64,000 nt of DNA from Candidatus Iainarchaeum sp. (GCA_021162685.1 JAGGYF010000021.1:11976-75975), one strand, 5' to 3'. Numbered from the stretch's first letter, positions 50,777 to 60,589 are shown. Numbers and translations are program-made. The notes: generated by a model not told the origin, from the sequence alone.

Positions 50777-51871
50777 ATGAAAACAACTATAAGTGTGATA
50801 AAAGCAGATATCGGAGGCTTTCCTGGCCATGTTTCTGTGCATAAGGAATGTATGGAGATAGCAGATAAAGAACTTGGGGCTGCCAAGAATAATGGTCTGA
50901 TAAATGATTACAGAATTATGCGCTGTGGTGATGACTTAGAACTTATTATGTCCCATACAAAAGGGATAAACAATGAGGAGATACATAAACTTGCTTGGGA
51001 CACATTTATTAAGGCAACAGAAAAAGCAAAGTCTTTGAAGTTGTATGGTGCTGGGCAAGACCTACTTTCAGATTCCTTTTCAGGTAACGTGAAAGGAATG
51101 GGACCAGGTGTTGCTGAAATAGAATTTGAGGAAAGGAAAAGTGACCCACTAATTATATTTATGGCTGATAAAACAGCACCGGGTGCGTGGAATCTCCCGT
51201 TATACAAAATCTTTGCTGATCCATTTAATACTGCTGGGTTAGTAATCGATCCCAAGATGCACGATGGTTTTGTTTTTGAGGTACATGATGTAATAGACAA
51301 CAAAAGGATTGAATTAAAATGCCCAGAAGAGAGTTACGACCTACTTTCTCTAATCGGCGCAACGGACAGGTATTGCGTAAAGTCTGTCAAAAAGAAGAAT
51401 GGCGAGATATGTTCCGTATCATCTACTCAAAGACTCAATTTTATGGCAGGAAGATATATAGGAAAGGACGATCCAGTTTGCATTGTAAGAGCACAAAGCG
51501 GGTTTCCTGCTGTTGGTGAAGTCCTAGAACCATTTGCATTCCCATTCATGGTAAAAGGATGGATGAGAGGGAGTCATCATGGGCCATTCATGCCTGTGCC
51601 TTTTGAAAAAGCGAATCCATCAAGATTTGATGGTCCTCCAAGAGTGATTGCTGCTGGATTTCAAGTTTCTAATGGAATGTTGATAGGGCCATCTGACCTA
51701 TTTGATGACCCGAGTTTTGATAAGGCTAGGGCTGAAACAAATCTAATTGCCGATTATATAAGGAGGCACGGCCCATTTGAACCGCATAGGCTCCCAATGG
51801 ATGAAATGGAGTATACAACCCTTCCAGGTGTATTGGAAAAACTAAAATCTAGGTTTGAGGTGATTGAATGA
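50777..51871 (+). CDS. fbp: bifunctional fructose-1,6-bisphosphate aldolase/phosphatase (class V FBPase)
   Basis: [18 protein letters not shown] and overall match to archaeal FBPA/P; start at internal ATG 50777. Confidence 0.9.
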   Translation: MKTTISVIKADIGGFPGHVSVHKECMEIADKELGAAKNNGLINDYRIMRCGDDLELIMSHTKGINNEEIHKLAWDTFIKATEKAKSLKLYGAGQDLLSDSFSGNVKGMGPGVAEIEFEERKSDPLIIFMADKTAPGAWNLPLYKIFADPFNTAGLVIDPKMHDGFVFEVHDVIDNKRIELKCPEESYDLLSLIGATDRYCVKSVKKKNGEICSVSSTQRLNFMAGRYIGKDDPVCIVRAQSGFPAVGEVLEPFAFPFMVKGWMRGSHHGPFMPVPFEKANPSRFDGPPRVIAAGFQVSNGMLIGPSDLFDDPSFDKARAETNLIADYIRRHGPFEPHRLPMDEMEYTTLPGVLEKLKSRFEVIE

Positions 51872-52878
51872 TAAAGGTTGGTGTGAACGGTTATGGTGTA
51901 ATTGGGAAGAGGGTTGCATACGCTATAACAAAGCAAGATGACATGGAACTTGTTGGAATAGCAAAAACGAAGCCAGACTTCAATGCTATGACTGCAATTG
52001 AAAAGAACCATGATGTCTACTGCTCAATACCAGAAAACATCGGGTTGTTTGAAAGGAGAGGAATGGAAATACGTGGAACAATCAATGACCTCATAGAAAA
52101 ATGTGATGTCATTGTCGATGCCACACCAGGGAAGATTGGGGCAAAGAACAAACCGTTATATGAGAAAGCAGGTATAAAAGCAATATTTGAAGGTGGGGAA
52201 AAGGCAGATACAGTACAGTGCTCGTTTAATGCATTATGTAACTATGAGGAAGCCATTGGAAAGGACTATGTTAGGGTTGTTTCGTGCAATACAACTGGTC
52301 TAGCACGAACAATAAGGCCTATGCTTGACATTGCAGACATAGGAAGGATAAGGGCTGTCCTAGTTAGAAGGGCTGCCGACCCTGTCCAATCAAAGAAAGG
52401 TCCAATAAATGCCATTGTCCCTGTAACAAAGGTTCCATCACATCACGGTCCTGACCTTAAGACTGTGCTTCCTAACATAGACATAGTATCTATGGCTGTT
52501 GCAGTACCTACAACAATTATGCACTTGCACACAATAATGGTTGAACTTAAGGACAACATAAGTAAAGATGAGATTATTGAAGCATGGGGAAAAACGCCAA
52601 GAGTTAAACTTATCTCGTCTGAGGATGGTTTCATATCCACTGCAGAGATTATGGAGTACGCAAGAGCACTGGGTAGATATATGGGAGACCTGTACGAAAT
52701 TCCTGTCTGGGAAGATGCCACAAACATAAAGGACAACGAATTGTATTACATACAAGCAGTCCACCAGGAATCTGATGTTGTACCAGAGAACATAGACGCG
52801 ATAAGGGCTATAACTGGAATTGAAAAAAACGCGAGAAAATCTATAGAGAAAACAAACAAATCACTAGGTATAAGGTGA
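51868..52878 (+). CDS. gap: glyceraldehyde-3-phosphate dehydrogenase (archaeal type II)
   Basis: [17 protein letters not shown] and active site VVSCNTTGL. Confidence 0.9.
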   Translation: MIKVGVNGYGVIGKRVAYAITKQDDMELVGIAKTKPDFNAMTAIEKNHDVYCSIPENIGLFERRGMEIRGTINDLIEKCDVIVDATPGKIGAKNKPLYEKAGIKAIFEGGEKADTVQCSFNALCNYEEAIGKDYVRVVSCNTTGLARTIRPMLDIADIGRIRAVLVRRAADPVQSKKGPINAIVPVTKVPSHHGPDLKTVLPNIDIVSMAVAVPTTIMHLHTIMVELKDNISKDEIIEAWGKTPRVKLISSEDGFISTAEIMEYARALGRYMGDLYEIPVWEDATNIKDNELYYIQAVHQESDVVPENIDAIRAITGIEKNARKSIEKTNKSLGIR

Positions 52879-52882
52879 TTGA

Positions 52883-54109
52883 ATGGAAAAGCCATTTCTA
52901 ACAATTGACGACGTAGATGTAAAAGGGAAAAGAGTGTTACTCAGAGTAGATATGAACTCTCCCCTTGAAAATGGAAAGATTGCTTCAACAAAAAGGATTG
53001 AGAGGTATCTGCCAACAATAAAGGAACTTGTAGATAATGGTGCAAAGGTTGTTGTAATAGCACATCAAGGAAGACCTGGAAGACCAGATTTTATAAGCCT
53101 ACAACAGCATGCCAAGGCACTATCAAAATTGTCGGGATTGGATATAACCTTTGTTGATGACATCATAGGGAGTAACGCCATCAAGAAGATAAATGAAATG
53201 AAAGATGGTGATGTACTAGTCCTAGAAAATGTCAGGTTTTTAGCAGAGGAAACACTAAAGAAAAGTGAAGAAGAGCACGCACAGAGTTTACTTGTTAGGA
53301 GGCTTGCTCCACTATTTGACATCTTTGTGAGTGACGCTTATTATGTGGCACATAGATCGCACGCTTCAGTTGTTGGATTCAGTTATGCCCTCCCATCCAT
53401 CGCAGGAAGAGTTATGGAAGAAGAGGCAATTGCAATTGACAATATCGTTGAAAATCCAGAAAGGCCCAGCGTATTGATTTTAGGTGGAGTCAAAGCAGAG
53501 GACTCTATAAGAGCTATGGAGAACATGTTATTGATGGAAAAGGCAGACTATGTTCTAACATGTGGTGTGATTGCTGTGCTTTTCTTGGCTGCTGATGGGT
53601 GTGATGTTGGATTGATAAACATAGATAGTATGAGAAAGTTAGAAGTTTATGGTCTGTTGCCAAGGGCAAAGGCGTTGATTAAAAGATATCCAGAAAAGAT
53701 AAAGATACCAATTGATGTTGCAGTGCATAAAGAAGGGAAAAGGGTTGAGGTATCTGTTAGCAAGCCAATCAACCATCTTATAATGGATATTGGAAAGGAA
53801 ACAATAAGAGAATACTCTGAGACAATAAAACAGGCAAAAACGGTCTGCTACAACGGTCCTGCAGGAGTGTTTGAAAATCCAGATTTTGGGGATGGCACTA
53901 TTGCAATACTAAAAGCCATGAAGGAAAATCGTGGTTTTACGCTTTTGGGTGGGGGCCATACTGTCTCTGCAATGGAAAAGCTAGGATTTAACAGGAATGA
54001 CTTCTCCTATGTCAGCCTGGCAGGCGGCGCAATGATGATGCGCTTGGCAGGAGAAGAACTCCCAGGCGTGAAGGCATTAAAGATTGCAAAGGAGCACATG
54101 TTTAGGTAA
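52883..54109 (+). CDS. pgk: phosphoglycerate kinase
   Basis: Archaeal PGK N-terminus (KRVLLRVDMNSP); 408 aa. Confidence 0.9.
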   Translation: MEKPFLTIDDVDVKGKRVLLRVDMNSPLENGKIASTKRIERYLPTIKELVDNGAKVVVIAHQGRPGRPDFISLQQHAKALSKLSGLDITFVDDIIGSNAIKKINEMKDGDVLVLENVRFLAEETLKKSEEEHAQSLLVRRLAPLFDIFVSDAYYVAHRSHASVVGFSYALPSIAGRVMEEEAIAIDNIVENPERPSVLILGGVKAEDSIRAMENMLLMEKADYVLTCGVIAVLFLAADGCDVGLINIDSMRKLEVYGLLPRAKALIKRYPEKIKIPIDVAVHKEGKRVEVSVSKPINHLIMDIGKETIREYSETIKQAKTVCYNGPAGVFENPDFGDGTIAILKAMKENRGFTLLGGGHTVSAMEKLGFNRNDFSYVSLAGGAMMMRLAGEELPGVKALKIAKEHMFR

Positions 54110-54140
54110 CTTTAGTAAGAGGTTCTGTACCTTTGGGTAA

Positions 54141-54180
54141 GGGCCGGGATTCAGCGTCCCTAGGGGGGCACATCCCCCCT
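54141..54180 (-). other. degenerate duplicate of the tRNA-His 3' portion (CCCCUAG...AAUCCCGGCCC) with a GGGGGG-AUGUG-CCCCCC hairpin
   Basis: Alignment by eye to the tRNA-His 3' half, including the flanking UUxxCAAAGG. Confidence 0.35.
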
Positions 54181-54203
54181 GATGCTTATTATACCTTTGA
54201 AAG

Positions 54204-54335
54204 GGCCGGGGCCGGGATTTGAACCCGGGCTAGGGGATGTCTGCACCGGTGGGCTTTATGCCCGCCCGGGGGTAGAGGGGGTGAAAACCCCTCTTTCCAC
54301 AGTCCCCTGTACTGCCAGGCTATACTACCCCAGCC
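54204..54335 (-). tRNA. tRNA-His(GUG) with encoded G-1 and a 58-nt intron at the canonical 37/38 position (intron 54239-54296)
   Basis: Hand-folded. G-1:C73, acceptor GCUGGGG/CCCCGGC (one GU), U8A9, D-stem GUAU/GUAC with AGCCUGG loop, anticodon stem GGGGA/UCCCC, loop CUGUGGA (anticodon GUG), T-arm CCGGG-UUCAAAU-CCCGG; no CCA. Confidence 0.75.
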
Positions 54336-54517
54336 ATTTGGAGTTTTCAATGGTTTCTGATAGTGTGGTCTTGTGCCACACTACGAAATTTGTAAGCATA
54401 GCGCCGAAGGCGTTGTTGTTCGCCGGCAGGGCGAACATGGTTATACTTTCCCCAGGCTTTTTCCGCCTGAAGCGGAAAAAGGCTGCCACACTACGAACGC
54501 CCATATGTAATTTGGGC

Positions 54518-54533
54518 CTATACTACCCCAGCC
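54518..54533 (-). other. 16-nt exact copy of the tRNA-His 5' end (GGCUGGGGUAGUAUAG) 183 bp upstream of the gene
   Basis: Direct sequence identity; preceded on the minus strand by a TTTAAAAAT TATA-like element. Confidence 0.5.
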
Positions 54534-54594
54534 ATAAGTATACCTCACATTTTGTTTAACAAAATTTTTAAACTTTGCCATAATAAATAGGTGT

Positions 54595-55389
54595 ATGTCT
54601 AAAAAACGTAAGATAAAGGTCGCAGTTGTATCAATTCCACTAGTTAGTGGGTTTGCCTACTTTGTGAGAAAAAAGATATGGCCACGTTCAGAAATCTTTG
54701 AACCGGGAATGTTAGACGAGCGAAGAAGAGAGTTAGTGGAGCATATACAAAAGGATGAGGATGTTGAAGTTATAGATTACGGAGATCTAATTTATGAAGA
54801 ATTGCCAGAAACGAAGAAGAAAGGCAGGTATATAGATGCAAACGTGGTGCGGGAATTGGGAAAACGCATTGAAAAATTGAGAAAGAAGCATGACCTTGTC
54901 GTCATAATTGGTTCAACACACACAGGCGCGTCTTTTATGTATACTGGACCCTGGGAAGTAGCACGATTTGATGCACATCCAGATCGTGGAAAGGTAAAAA
55001 CAGATGAATTTTATTTGAAGAATTATGTATCAAGGATCATCCAAGAGGGCATAAAGTCATCTGATAAGATACATGATTATGGAATTGGGGGCAAGAGGAT
55101 ACCAGATAGTATAGCTGATGCGCATGTATTTGACATAGATCTTGATGTTTTTGATCCATGGAAGTATCGCATACAAAGCAAATGGTGGGCTGGAAGAGCA
55201 GACCCAGAAGATGTTATTAAGCATATTAGGTCATCAGAAAAGATACATACTATTGGTTTTTTTGAGTATTATCCACGAGACGATCAAGGAAAAGGTATAG
55301 AAGCGATAAAGAGCATGACAATGGAGGCAATAGGTGCCGTAAAAAGAAGAAAGAGGAAAGAGCGTAGATTCCTACTTAAAAGAAAATAG
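54595..55389 (+). CDS. arginase/agmatinase-fold (ureohydrolase-like) protein, divergent
   Basis: DAHPD and VFDIDLDVFDP resemble ureohydrolase Mn-binding motifs, but the GGDHS motif is replaced by GSTHTG. Confidence 0.45.
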   Translation: MSKKRKIKVAVVSIPLVSGFAYFVRKKIWPRSEIFEPGMLDERRRELVEHIQKDEDVEVIDYGDLIYEELPETKKKGRYIDANVVRELGKRIEKLRKKHDLVVIIGSTHTGASFMYTGPWEVARFDAHPDRGKVKTDEFYLKNYVSRIIQEGIKSSDKIHDYGIGGKRIPDSIADAHVFDIDLDVFDPWKYRIQSKWWAGRADPEDVIKHIRSSEKIHTIGFFEYYPRDDQGKGIEAIKSMTMEAIGAVKRRKRKERRFLLKRK

Positions 55390-55390
55390 A

Positions 55391-56551
55391 TCAATTTTCA
55401 TATTTTTTCATGAATTCCTCAATCCTATCCATTGCCTCGTCTATAACCTCAAGAGGAGGTAGGTAAACAAGTCTGAAATGGCCTGGAGAACCAAATCCAG
55501 AACCGAACACAGTTAGTACATGCTTTTCTTTGAGGAGCTCTAACACCCATCTCTTGTCATCCTTAACATTTTCAAGTTTTGGAAATGCATAGAATGCTCC
55601 CTTGGGTTCAACACAACTTATGCCCTCAATCTCATTGAGCCGTTTATACATCAGATTCCTTCGTGGCAGGAGTTTTTTCTTTGTTTCCTCTATATGGTCA
55701 TCTGGGCCATCTAGTGCTGCTGCCATTGCGTACTGTATAGGGGTGGGTGCACACAATCTATTTCTTGCTTGTTTGTTGCACGCCTCCATGAGCTCATCTG
55801 CGTTGAGGAAACACATGTAACCTCCACGCCATCCAGGAGCAAGATGATTTTTTGATAAACCATTCATTACAACACATGGGACCTCGCCGCATATCTCACC
55901 GAATGATGTGAAGTCAGTATAAACCAATTGGTCGTATATCTCATCTGCTATGATGGGGATGTTATGTTGGCCAGCAAGATTTACTATCTCCTTTAATGTC
56001 TTCTTGGGGTATACTGCGCCTGTTGGGTTGTTGGGGTTGATGACAACAATTGCTTGTGTCTTCTCATTTATCCTCTTCTGAAGATCATCAAGGTCTGGTT
56101 GCCAGTCCTTTTCTTCGTTGCAGTAATATACTGTTGACTTTTCTCCATACACCCTACCAAATGAGATATAAAGAGGATAAGAAGGAACTGGTGCTAGGAT
56201 GTGTCTGACATTTTCAACCAGTGCCCCATATATGAACATGATGGCTTCTGATAAACCAGCAGTTATGATCACCTTATCTGGGTCTATATCTGTTCCATGT
56301 ATCCTTTTCTCACGTCTTGCTACTGCTTCCCTAACTGGTGCATCTCCCTGAGAGTTTGCGTATCCATTGTGTCCCTCTTTTACTGCCCTGTAAAGCGCTT
56401 CTTTTATGTGGTCTGGTGTATCAAAATCGTATGCTATTGGGTCTCCTATATTCAATTTCAAAATTTCGTGTCCCTGCCTTTCAAGTTCCATAGCAGGGAG
56501 GACAACATCTCGGATTGCATATTCAAGATATTGGATACGGGTTGCAACCAT
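55391..56551 (-). CDS. class I/II PLP aminotransferase (aspartate/alanine aminotransferase-like)
   Basis: NPNNPTG and the SKNHLAPGWRGGY PLP-lysine motif. Confidence 0.8.
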   Translation of the reverse strand: MVATRIQYLEYAIRDVVLPAMELERQGHEILKLNIGDPIAYDFDTPDHIKEALYRAVKEGHNGYANSQGDAPVREAVARREKRIHGTDIDPDKVIITAGLSEAIMFIYGALVENVRHILAPVPSYPLYISFGRVYGEKSTVYYCNEEKDWQPDLDDLQKRINEKTQAIVVINPNNPTGAVYPKKTLKEIVNLAGQHNIPIIADEIYDQLVYTDFTSFGEICGEVPCVVMNGLSKNHLAPGWRGGYMCFLNADELMEACNKQARNRLCAPTPIQYAMAAALDGPDDHIEETKKKLLPRRNLMYKRLNEIEGISCVEPKGAFYAFPKLENVKDDKRWVLELLKEKHVLTVFGSGFGSPGHFRLVYLPPLEVIDEAMDRIEEFMKKYEN

Positions 56552-56555
56552 AATT

Positions 56556-56825
56556 TCACATCCTTTTATGCACGTGCTCTAACCACATGCTCTTAAAGAA
56601 AGGAAGCGTTAGAGTAGAAAGCATAAATGCAACTGCTGGAACAATTGCATTCAACCAGGGCCTCGGCACTTCAATTGCCTGAAGATAAAAACCAATAGCC
56701 AAGTAGGTAAAAACCATTAATAATGCCCTCCTAGAAAAACTCGTTTCCCACGCCTTATCTGCCTCAACTTTCCTATTCCTCTGTTCTATCTTCTCTATCC
56801 TTTTTTCCAATTCTCTAACGCTCAT
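56556..56825 (-). CDS. small membrane protein
   Basis: Coiled N-terminus plus 2 TM; ORF only. Confidence 0.35.
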   Translation of the reverse strand: MSVRELEKRIEKIEQRNRKVEADKAWETSFSRRALLMVFTYLAIGFYLQAIEVPRPWLNAIVPAVAFMLSTLTLPFFKSMWLEHVHKRM

Positions 56826-56864
56826 GCCATAAGTTACTTCATCCCTATATTTAAATTTGCTGAT

Positions 56865-58085
56865 TCATTTTCCAAATGTTTTCACTATCTCGCTGAGTGT
56901 AGAGATGAATGTATCAATCTCCTCCTCTGTGTTATAGAAATAGAGGGAAGGCCTTAATGTGCCCTCAGTTTCATGTATTACATTTTGATGGAAGTAGTGG
57001 GCACAATGCATGCCAGAACGTAGGAATATATTGGCTGTTTCGTCAAGTATGATTGCGATATCATGGGCACTTATTCCCTTGATACTGCAAGCAACTACGG
57101 GTCCCTGCTTCTCTGGGTCAAGGGGACCATATGCGTTTAACCCATCTATCTCCTGCAAGCCGGAGAATAGGTGTTTTGCAAGGGTTTTCTCGTATTCATG
57201 TATATTATCCAGGCCGATATGCATCAAATAATCAGCAGCAGCACCAAAACCTATTGCACCAGCATAGTTTTGCAAGCCTGCCTCAAATTTTGCAGGTATT
57301 TCTGCTGGAACCCAATCATCATGAGTAACCTTTGCTACTGTTTCCCCACCAACAATGAACTGATTCATCTCCTCAAGAAGATGCCTTTTTCCGTATAATG
57401 CTCCTGTCCCAGACGGCCCACACATCTTATGCCCTGAAAAAACTAAAAAGTCGCAGTCAATCTGTTTTACATCAACAGGTCTATGAGGAACTGTTTGGGC
57501 AGCATCTAGAAGAACTAAAGCGCCGTAGTCATGAGCAATCTTCGCTATCTCTTTTGCAGGTATTGTCGTACCAGTAACATTTGATGTAAAAACAAATGAA
57601 ACAAGTTTTGTATGGCTGTCAATCTTATTTTCAAATGCTTCCATGTTAAATGTGCCATCTGTATTTACATCAACAAATTCATGTATCGCCCCTTTTTCCT
57701 TTTGTAGTTTGAACCAAGGGATAAGGTTTGAATTGTGTTCCAATGTTGTTGTCAGGATTTTATCTCCTTTTTTGAATGATATGCCGTTTGCTACAATGTT
57801 TATGGCCTCTGTTGCGTTTTTGGTGAATACAATTTCGCCGTGTTCTGCGTGTATCAATTTAGCTACTTTTTCGTGTGCTTCATCATATTTCTCTGTTGTT
57901 TTTGTTGCAAATGCATGCAAACTTCTTCCGTGACAAGCAGTGTACTCCATGTAGTAAGAAACAATAGCATCTATTACTTGCTGCGGTTTTAGGGTAACAC
58001 AAGAATTATCAAAATATATAATTGGTTTTCCCCTTACCTTCTTATGCAAGATTGGAAAATCTTCTCTTATTTTCTCAATGTTCAT
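56865..58085 (-). CDS. sufS: cysteine desulfurase, SufS/CsdA-like (group II)
   Basis: REDFPIL start, PLP lysine in FSGHKMCGPSG, catalytic Cys in RSGMHCA. Confidence 0.8.
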   Translation of the reverse strand: MNIEKIREDFPILHKKVRGKPIIYFDNSCVTLKPQQVIDAIVSYYMEYTACHGRSLHAFATKTTEKYDEAHEKVAKLIHAEHGEIVFTKNATEAINIVANGISFKKGDKILTTTLEHNSNLIPWFKLQKEKGAIHEFVDVNTDGTFNMEAFENKIDSHTKLVSFVFTSNVTGTTIPAKEIAKIAHDYGALVLLDAAQTVPHRPVDVKQIDCDFLVFSGHKMCGPSGTGALYGKRHLLEEMNQFIVGGETVAKVTHDDWVPAEIPAKFEAGLQNYAGAIGFGAAADYLMHIGLDNIHEYEKTLAKHLFSGLQEIDGLNAYGPLDPEKQGPVVACSIKGISAHDIAIILDETANIFLRSGMHCAHYFHQNVIHETEGTLRPSLYFYNTEEEIDTFISTLSEIVKTFGK

Positions 58086-58302
58086 ATTGATCCTTCCATA
58101 TCTTTATTGTCCATATGCCCTGCTCATCCTCGTGTACCTCACAGTTATAGCCAGCTGCTTTAGCCGCCATTTCTATCTCTCCTTTTGATGGTGGGTCAAA
58201 ACCAATAACCTCTAATGTCTCTCCTGGTTTTAACTTCCTCAGTGCATTTCTTGTCTCTATAAGTGGCTTTGGACATTTTTCCTTTGTTACATCAATTCTC
58301 AT
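58075..58302 (-). CDS. tusA: TusA-like sulfurtransferase
   Basis: CPKP (CPxP) motif; 75 aa. Confidence 0.75.
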   Translation of the reverse strand: MRIDVTKEKCPKPLIETRNALRKLKPGETLEVIGFDPPSKGEIEMAAKAAGYNCEVHEDEQGIWTIKIWKDQYEH

Positions 58303-58672
58303 GTTTCTCCCTGTATTTCTTTATTGCATCTCTCAGGGCATCAGCAGCAAGATTGGAACAGTGCATTTTTATCGGGGGTAGTCCCTCTAATGCATCCGCA
58401 ACCTCCTTCTTTGTTAGTTTTTCTGCTTCATCCAATGTTTTACCTATTGCAAGATCGGCTAACATAGATGTTGTTGCTATTGCTGCAGCACATCCCATTG
58501 TCTCCCACTTCAGATCAATGATTCTATTATCCTTTACTTTAATATATATGTACATGACATCTCCGCATACGGGATTTCCTGCAACTCCAACTGCATCGGG
58601 ATTCTTCATCCTACCCATGTGATGCGGATGTCTAAAATGCTCTATTACTCTTTTTGAGTATGGATACTTCAT
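58292..58672 (-). CDS. iscU: IscU/NifU-type Fe-S cluster scaffold
   Basis: GNPVCGD, GCAAAIATTS and HCS motifs. Confidence 0.85.
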   Translation of the reverse strand: MKYPYSKRVIEHFRHPHHMGRMKNPDAVGVAGNPVCGDVMYIYIKVKDNRIIDLKWETMGCAAAIATTSMLADLAIGKTLDEAEKLTKKEVADALEGLPPIKMHCSNLAADALRDAIKKYREKHEN

Positions 58673-59844
58673 TTGTGCTCCTCCTTTGCCATCTTTCTGA
58701 ATGTGTCCTCGTCCTTAAAAGGACTCATCTCCCTAAGCTTTGAAACAACATCTTTTATGTGCTTCAAGGCATATTCTATTTCTCTATCTGTTGTGTAACG
58801 CGATAGGGTTAATCTTAGTGAACCATGTGATACTTCTGGGTCTTGTCCCACTGCCTCCAATACATAACTTCCCTTGAGATTTGGAGAAGAACATGCGCTT
58901 CCTGTTGATGTAGCAATACCACGCATATCAAGGTGTAGAACAACGCTTTCACCCTCAATGAAACTAAATGATACATTTACGTTATTGCATAGTCGTTTTT
59001 CAGGATGGCCGTTTAGGTAGGTATGTGGAATTGCTGTTAATTCGTTGATGATGTGGTCCCTCTGTTTTCTCATCTTTTCAACATATTTTTTGCTTAGTAA
59101 TGTTACTGCCTTTGCAAATCCAACAATTCCTGGAATGTTCTCAAAGCCCGGACGTATACCAAATTCATTGTTACTGCCAAAAAAGATTGGCTTGATTGTA
59201 ATGTCTTCTCTGACAAATAGTGAAGCAATGCCTTTTGGCCCATGGATTAAGTGTGAAGTAAATGTAGCCAAGTCTATATGCTCCATGGGTAGGTCTTCAA
59301 GTCCGAATGAGGAAGAAGCATCTGTATGGAAAAGAATGTTATGTTCTCCACAGATCTCTCCTATGGCTTTTATATCTTGTACTGTACCTATCTCTGGGTT
59401 TGCGTGCTGAACAGAAACGAGAATTGTATCATCACGTATTGCAGATTGTAAATCATCTGGTGAAACCAAACCGTGTTTATCAACAGGTAAATAAGTAATC
59501 TCAAATCCTTTTGTTTCTAGATGTCTACATGTATTGAGAATACTGAGTCGCTCTATGCTTGTTGTGATTATGTGTCCCTTTCCTTTGGCTCTTGCAACAC
59601 CAAGTACTGCTAGGTTGTTTGATTCTGTCTCGCCAGATGTAAAAACGATTTCGTTCGGTTTAACGTTTAGGTAATTGGCAATTGTTTTTCTTGATTGTTC
59701 TAGTGCGTCCGATGCATCTATGCCCATACTGTGACCAAATTCTGATGATGGCAGCCCATACTTCTCATTAAAAAAAGGAAGCATTGCCTCTATTACTTCG
59801 TCTGCTGTGCGTGTTGTTGTTGCGTTGTCTAGGTAAACCTGCAT
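58669..59844 (-). CDS. iscS: IscS/NifS-like protein lacking the PLP-binding lysine (SHLIHGPKG instead of SGHKIYGPKG)
   Basis: Class V fold throughout; catalytic-loop SSGSACSS present; Lys to Leu at the Schiff-base position. Confidence 0.8.
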   Translation of the reverse strand: MQVYLDNATTTRTADEVIEAMLPFFNEKYGLPSSEFGHSMGIDASDALEQSRKTIANYLNVKPNEIVFTSGETESNNLAVLGVARAKGKGHIITTSIERLSILNTCRHLETKGFEITYLPVDKHGLVSPDDLQSAIRDDTILVSVQHANPEIGTVQDIKAIGEICGEHNILFHTDASSSFGLEDLPMEHIDLATFTSHLIHGPKGIASLFVREDITIKPIFFGSNNEFGIRPGFENIPGIVGFAKAVTLLSKKYVEKMRKQRDHIINELTAIPHTYLNGHPEKRLCNNVNVSFSFIEGESVVLHLDMRGIATSTGSACSSPNLKGSYVLEAVGQDPEVSHGSLRLTLSRYTTDREIEYALKHIKDVVSKLREMSPFKDEDTFRKMAKEEHK

Positions 59845-59853
59845 ATTGTCACC

Positions 59854-59905
59854 TTAACGGTGTTAATTTTTATAGTAAAGGTATTTAAATAATTAACGCC
59901 GTTAA
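59854..59905. promoter_or_regulatory. divergent promoter with two copies of palindrome TTAACGNCGTTAA flanking TATA-like boxes
   Basis: TTAACGGTGTTAA (59854-59866) sits between the minus-strand TATA and the iscS ATG. TTAACGCCGTTAA (59893-59905) sits between ATTTAAATAA and the ATG at 59913. Confidence 0.45.
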
Positions 59906-59912
59906 ATATCAT

Positions 59913-60224
59913 ATGCAATGGAAAAGGCTAAAATCCATAGAACCCTGCACAACAGACAGTTCTAAGGTGTCCGGGGACTTCCTTTTAGTTGCAGAGGCAC
60001 CGATAGATATGACTGTTATCAAAAAGGCACTGGAAAAAAGTGATGTATTTCATGATGTCAAACTTTCATTTATACTGAAAACATTGAAGGCAAAGCACAA
60101 GAGTGGAGCGGACATAATGATATTCAAAAGCGGGAGAGTAGATATAATGAAGGCAGATGATGAGGAACAGTTATACAAAATAATGGATGAGATTGTAAAC
60201 GCTATAGAGAGGGTGAACAAATGA
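59913..60224 (+). CDS. hypothetical protein (first gene of a two-gene unit with the HTH regulator)
   Basis: ORF; 4-nt overlap with the next gene. Confidence 0.4.
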   Translation: MQWKRLKSIEPCTTDSSKVSGDFLLVAEAPIDMTVIKKALEKSDVFHDVKLSFILKTLKAKHKSGADIMIFKSGRVDIMKADDEEQLYKIMDEIVNAIERVNK

Positions 60225-60589
60225 AACCATTATGTGAAGTGGTTGTAACAAATGTGCTTCCAGCAGTTAGAGCAATAATAGCAAAGCATCTTAAAGACAA
60301 ATATAATATGAAAGGTAAGGAGATAGCTGATAGATTATACATCACTCCTGCGGCTGTTACTCAATATCTAAAAAAAGCAAGAGGTGCTCAAACCCGCATC
60401 TTCCTAAAAAATAAAACAGTTAAAGAGGCGATTATCTCACTTGCAGACAGTATAGCAGAAGGTAAACTCAATGAGAAGGAAGAGGTGCTTGCTTTCTGTG
60501 ATATCTGCAAACTTATAAGAAGGGAAAAAGTGATCTGTGAGTTACATGCGAAAACACCAATAGTGTCCTGTGATATCTGTTCTAGTTAG
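60221..60589 (+). CDS. small HTH transcriptional regulator with C-terminal Cys4 cluster (CDIC...C...CDIC)
   Basis: Helix-turn-helix EIADRLYITPAAVTQYL; C-terminal CxxC-x8-C-x11-CxxC. Confidence 0.5.
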   Translation: MKPLCEVVVTNVLPAVRAIIAKHLKDKYNMKGKEIADRLYITPAAVTQYLKKARGAQTRIFLKNKTVKEAIISLADSIAEGKLNEKEEVLAFCDICKLIRREKVICELHAKTPIVSCDICSS

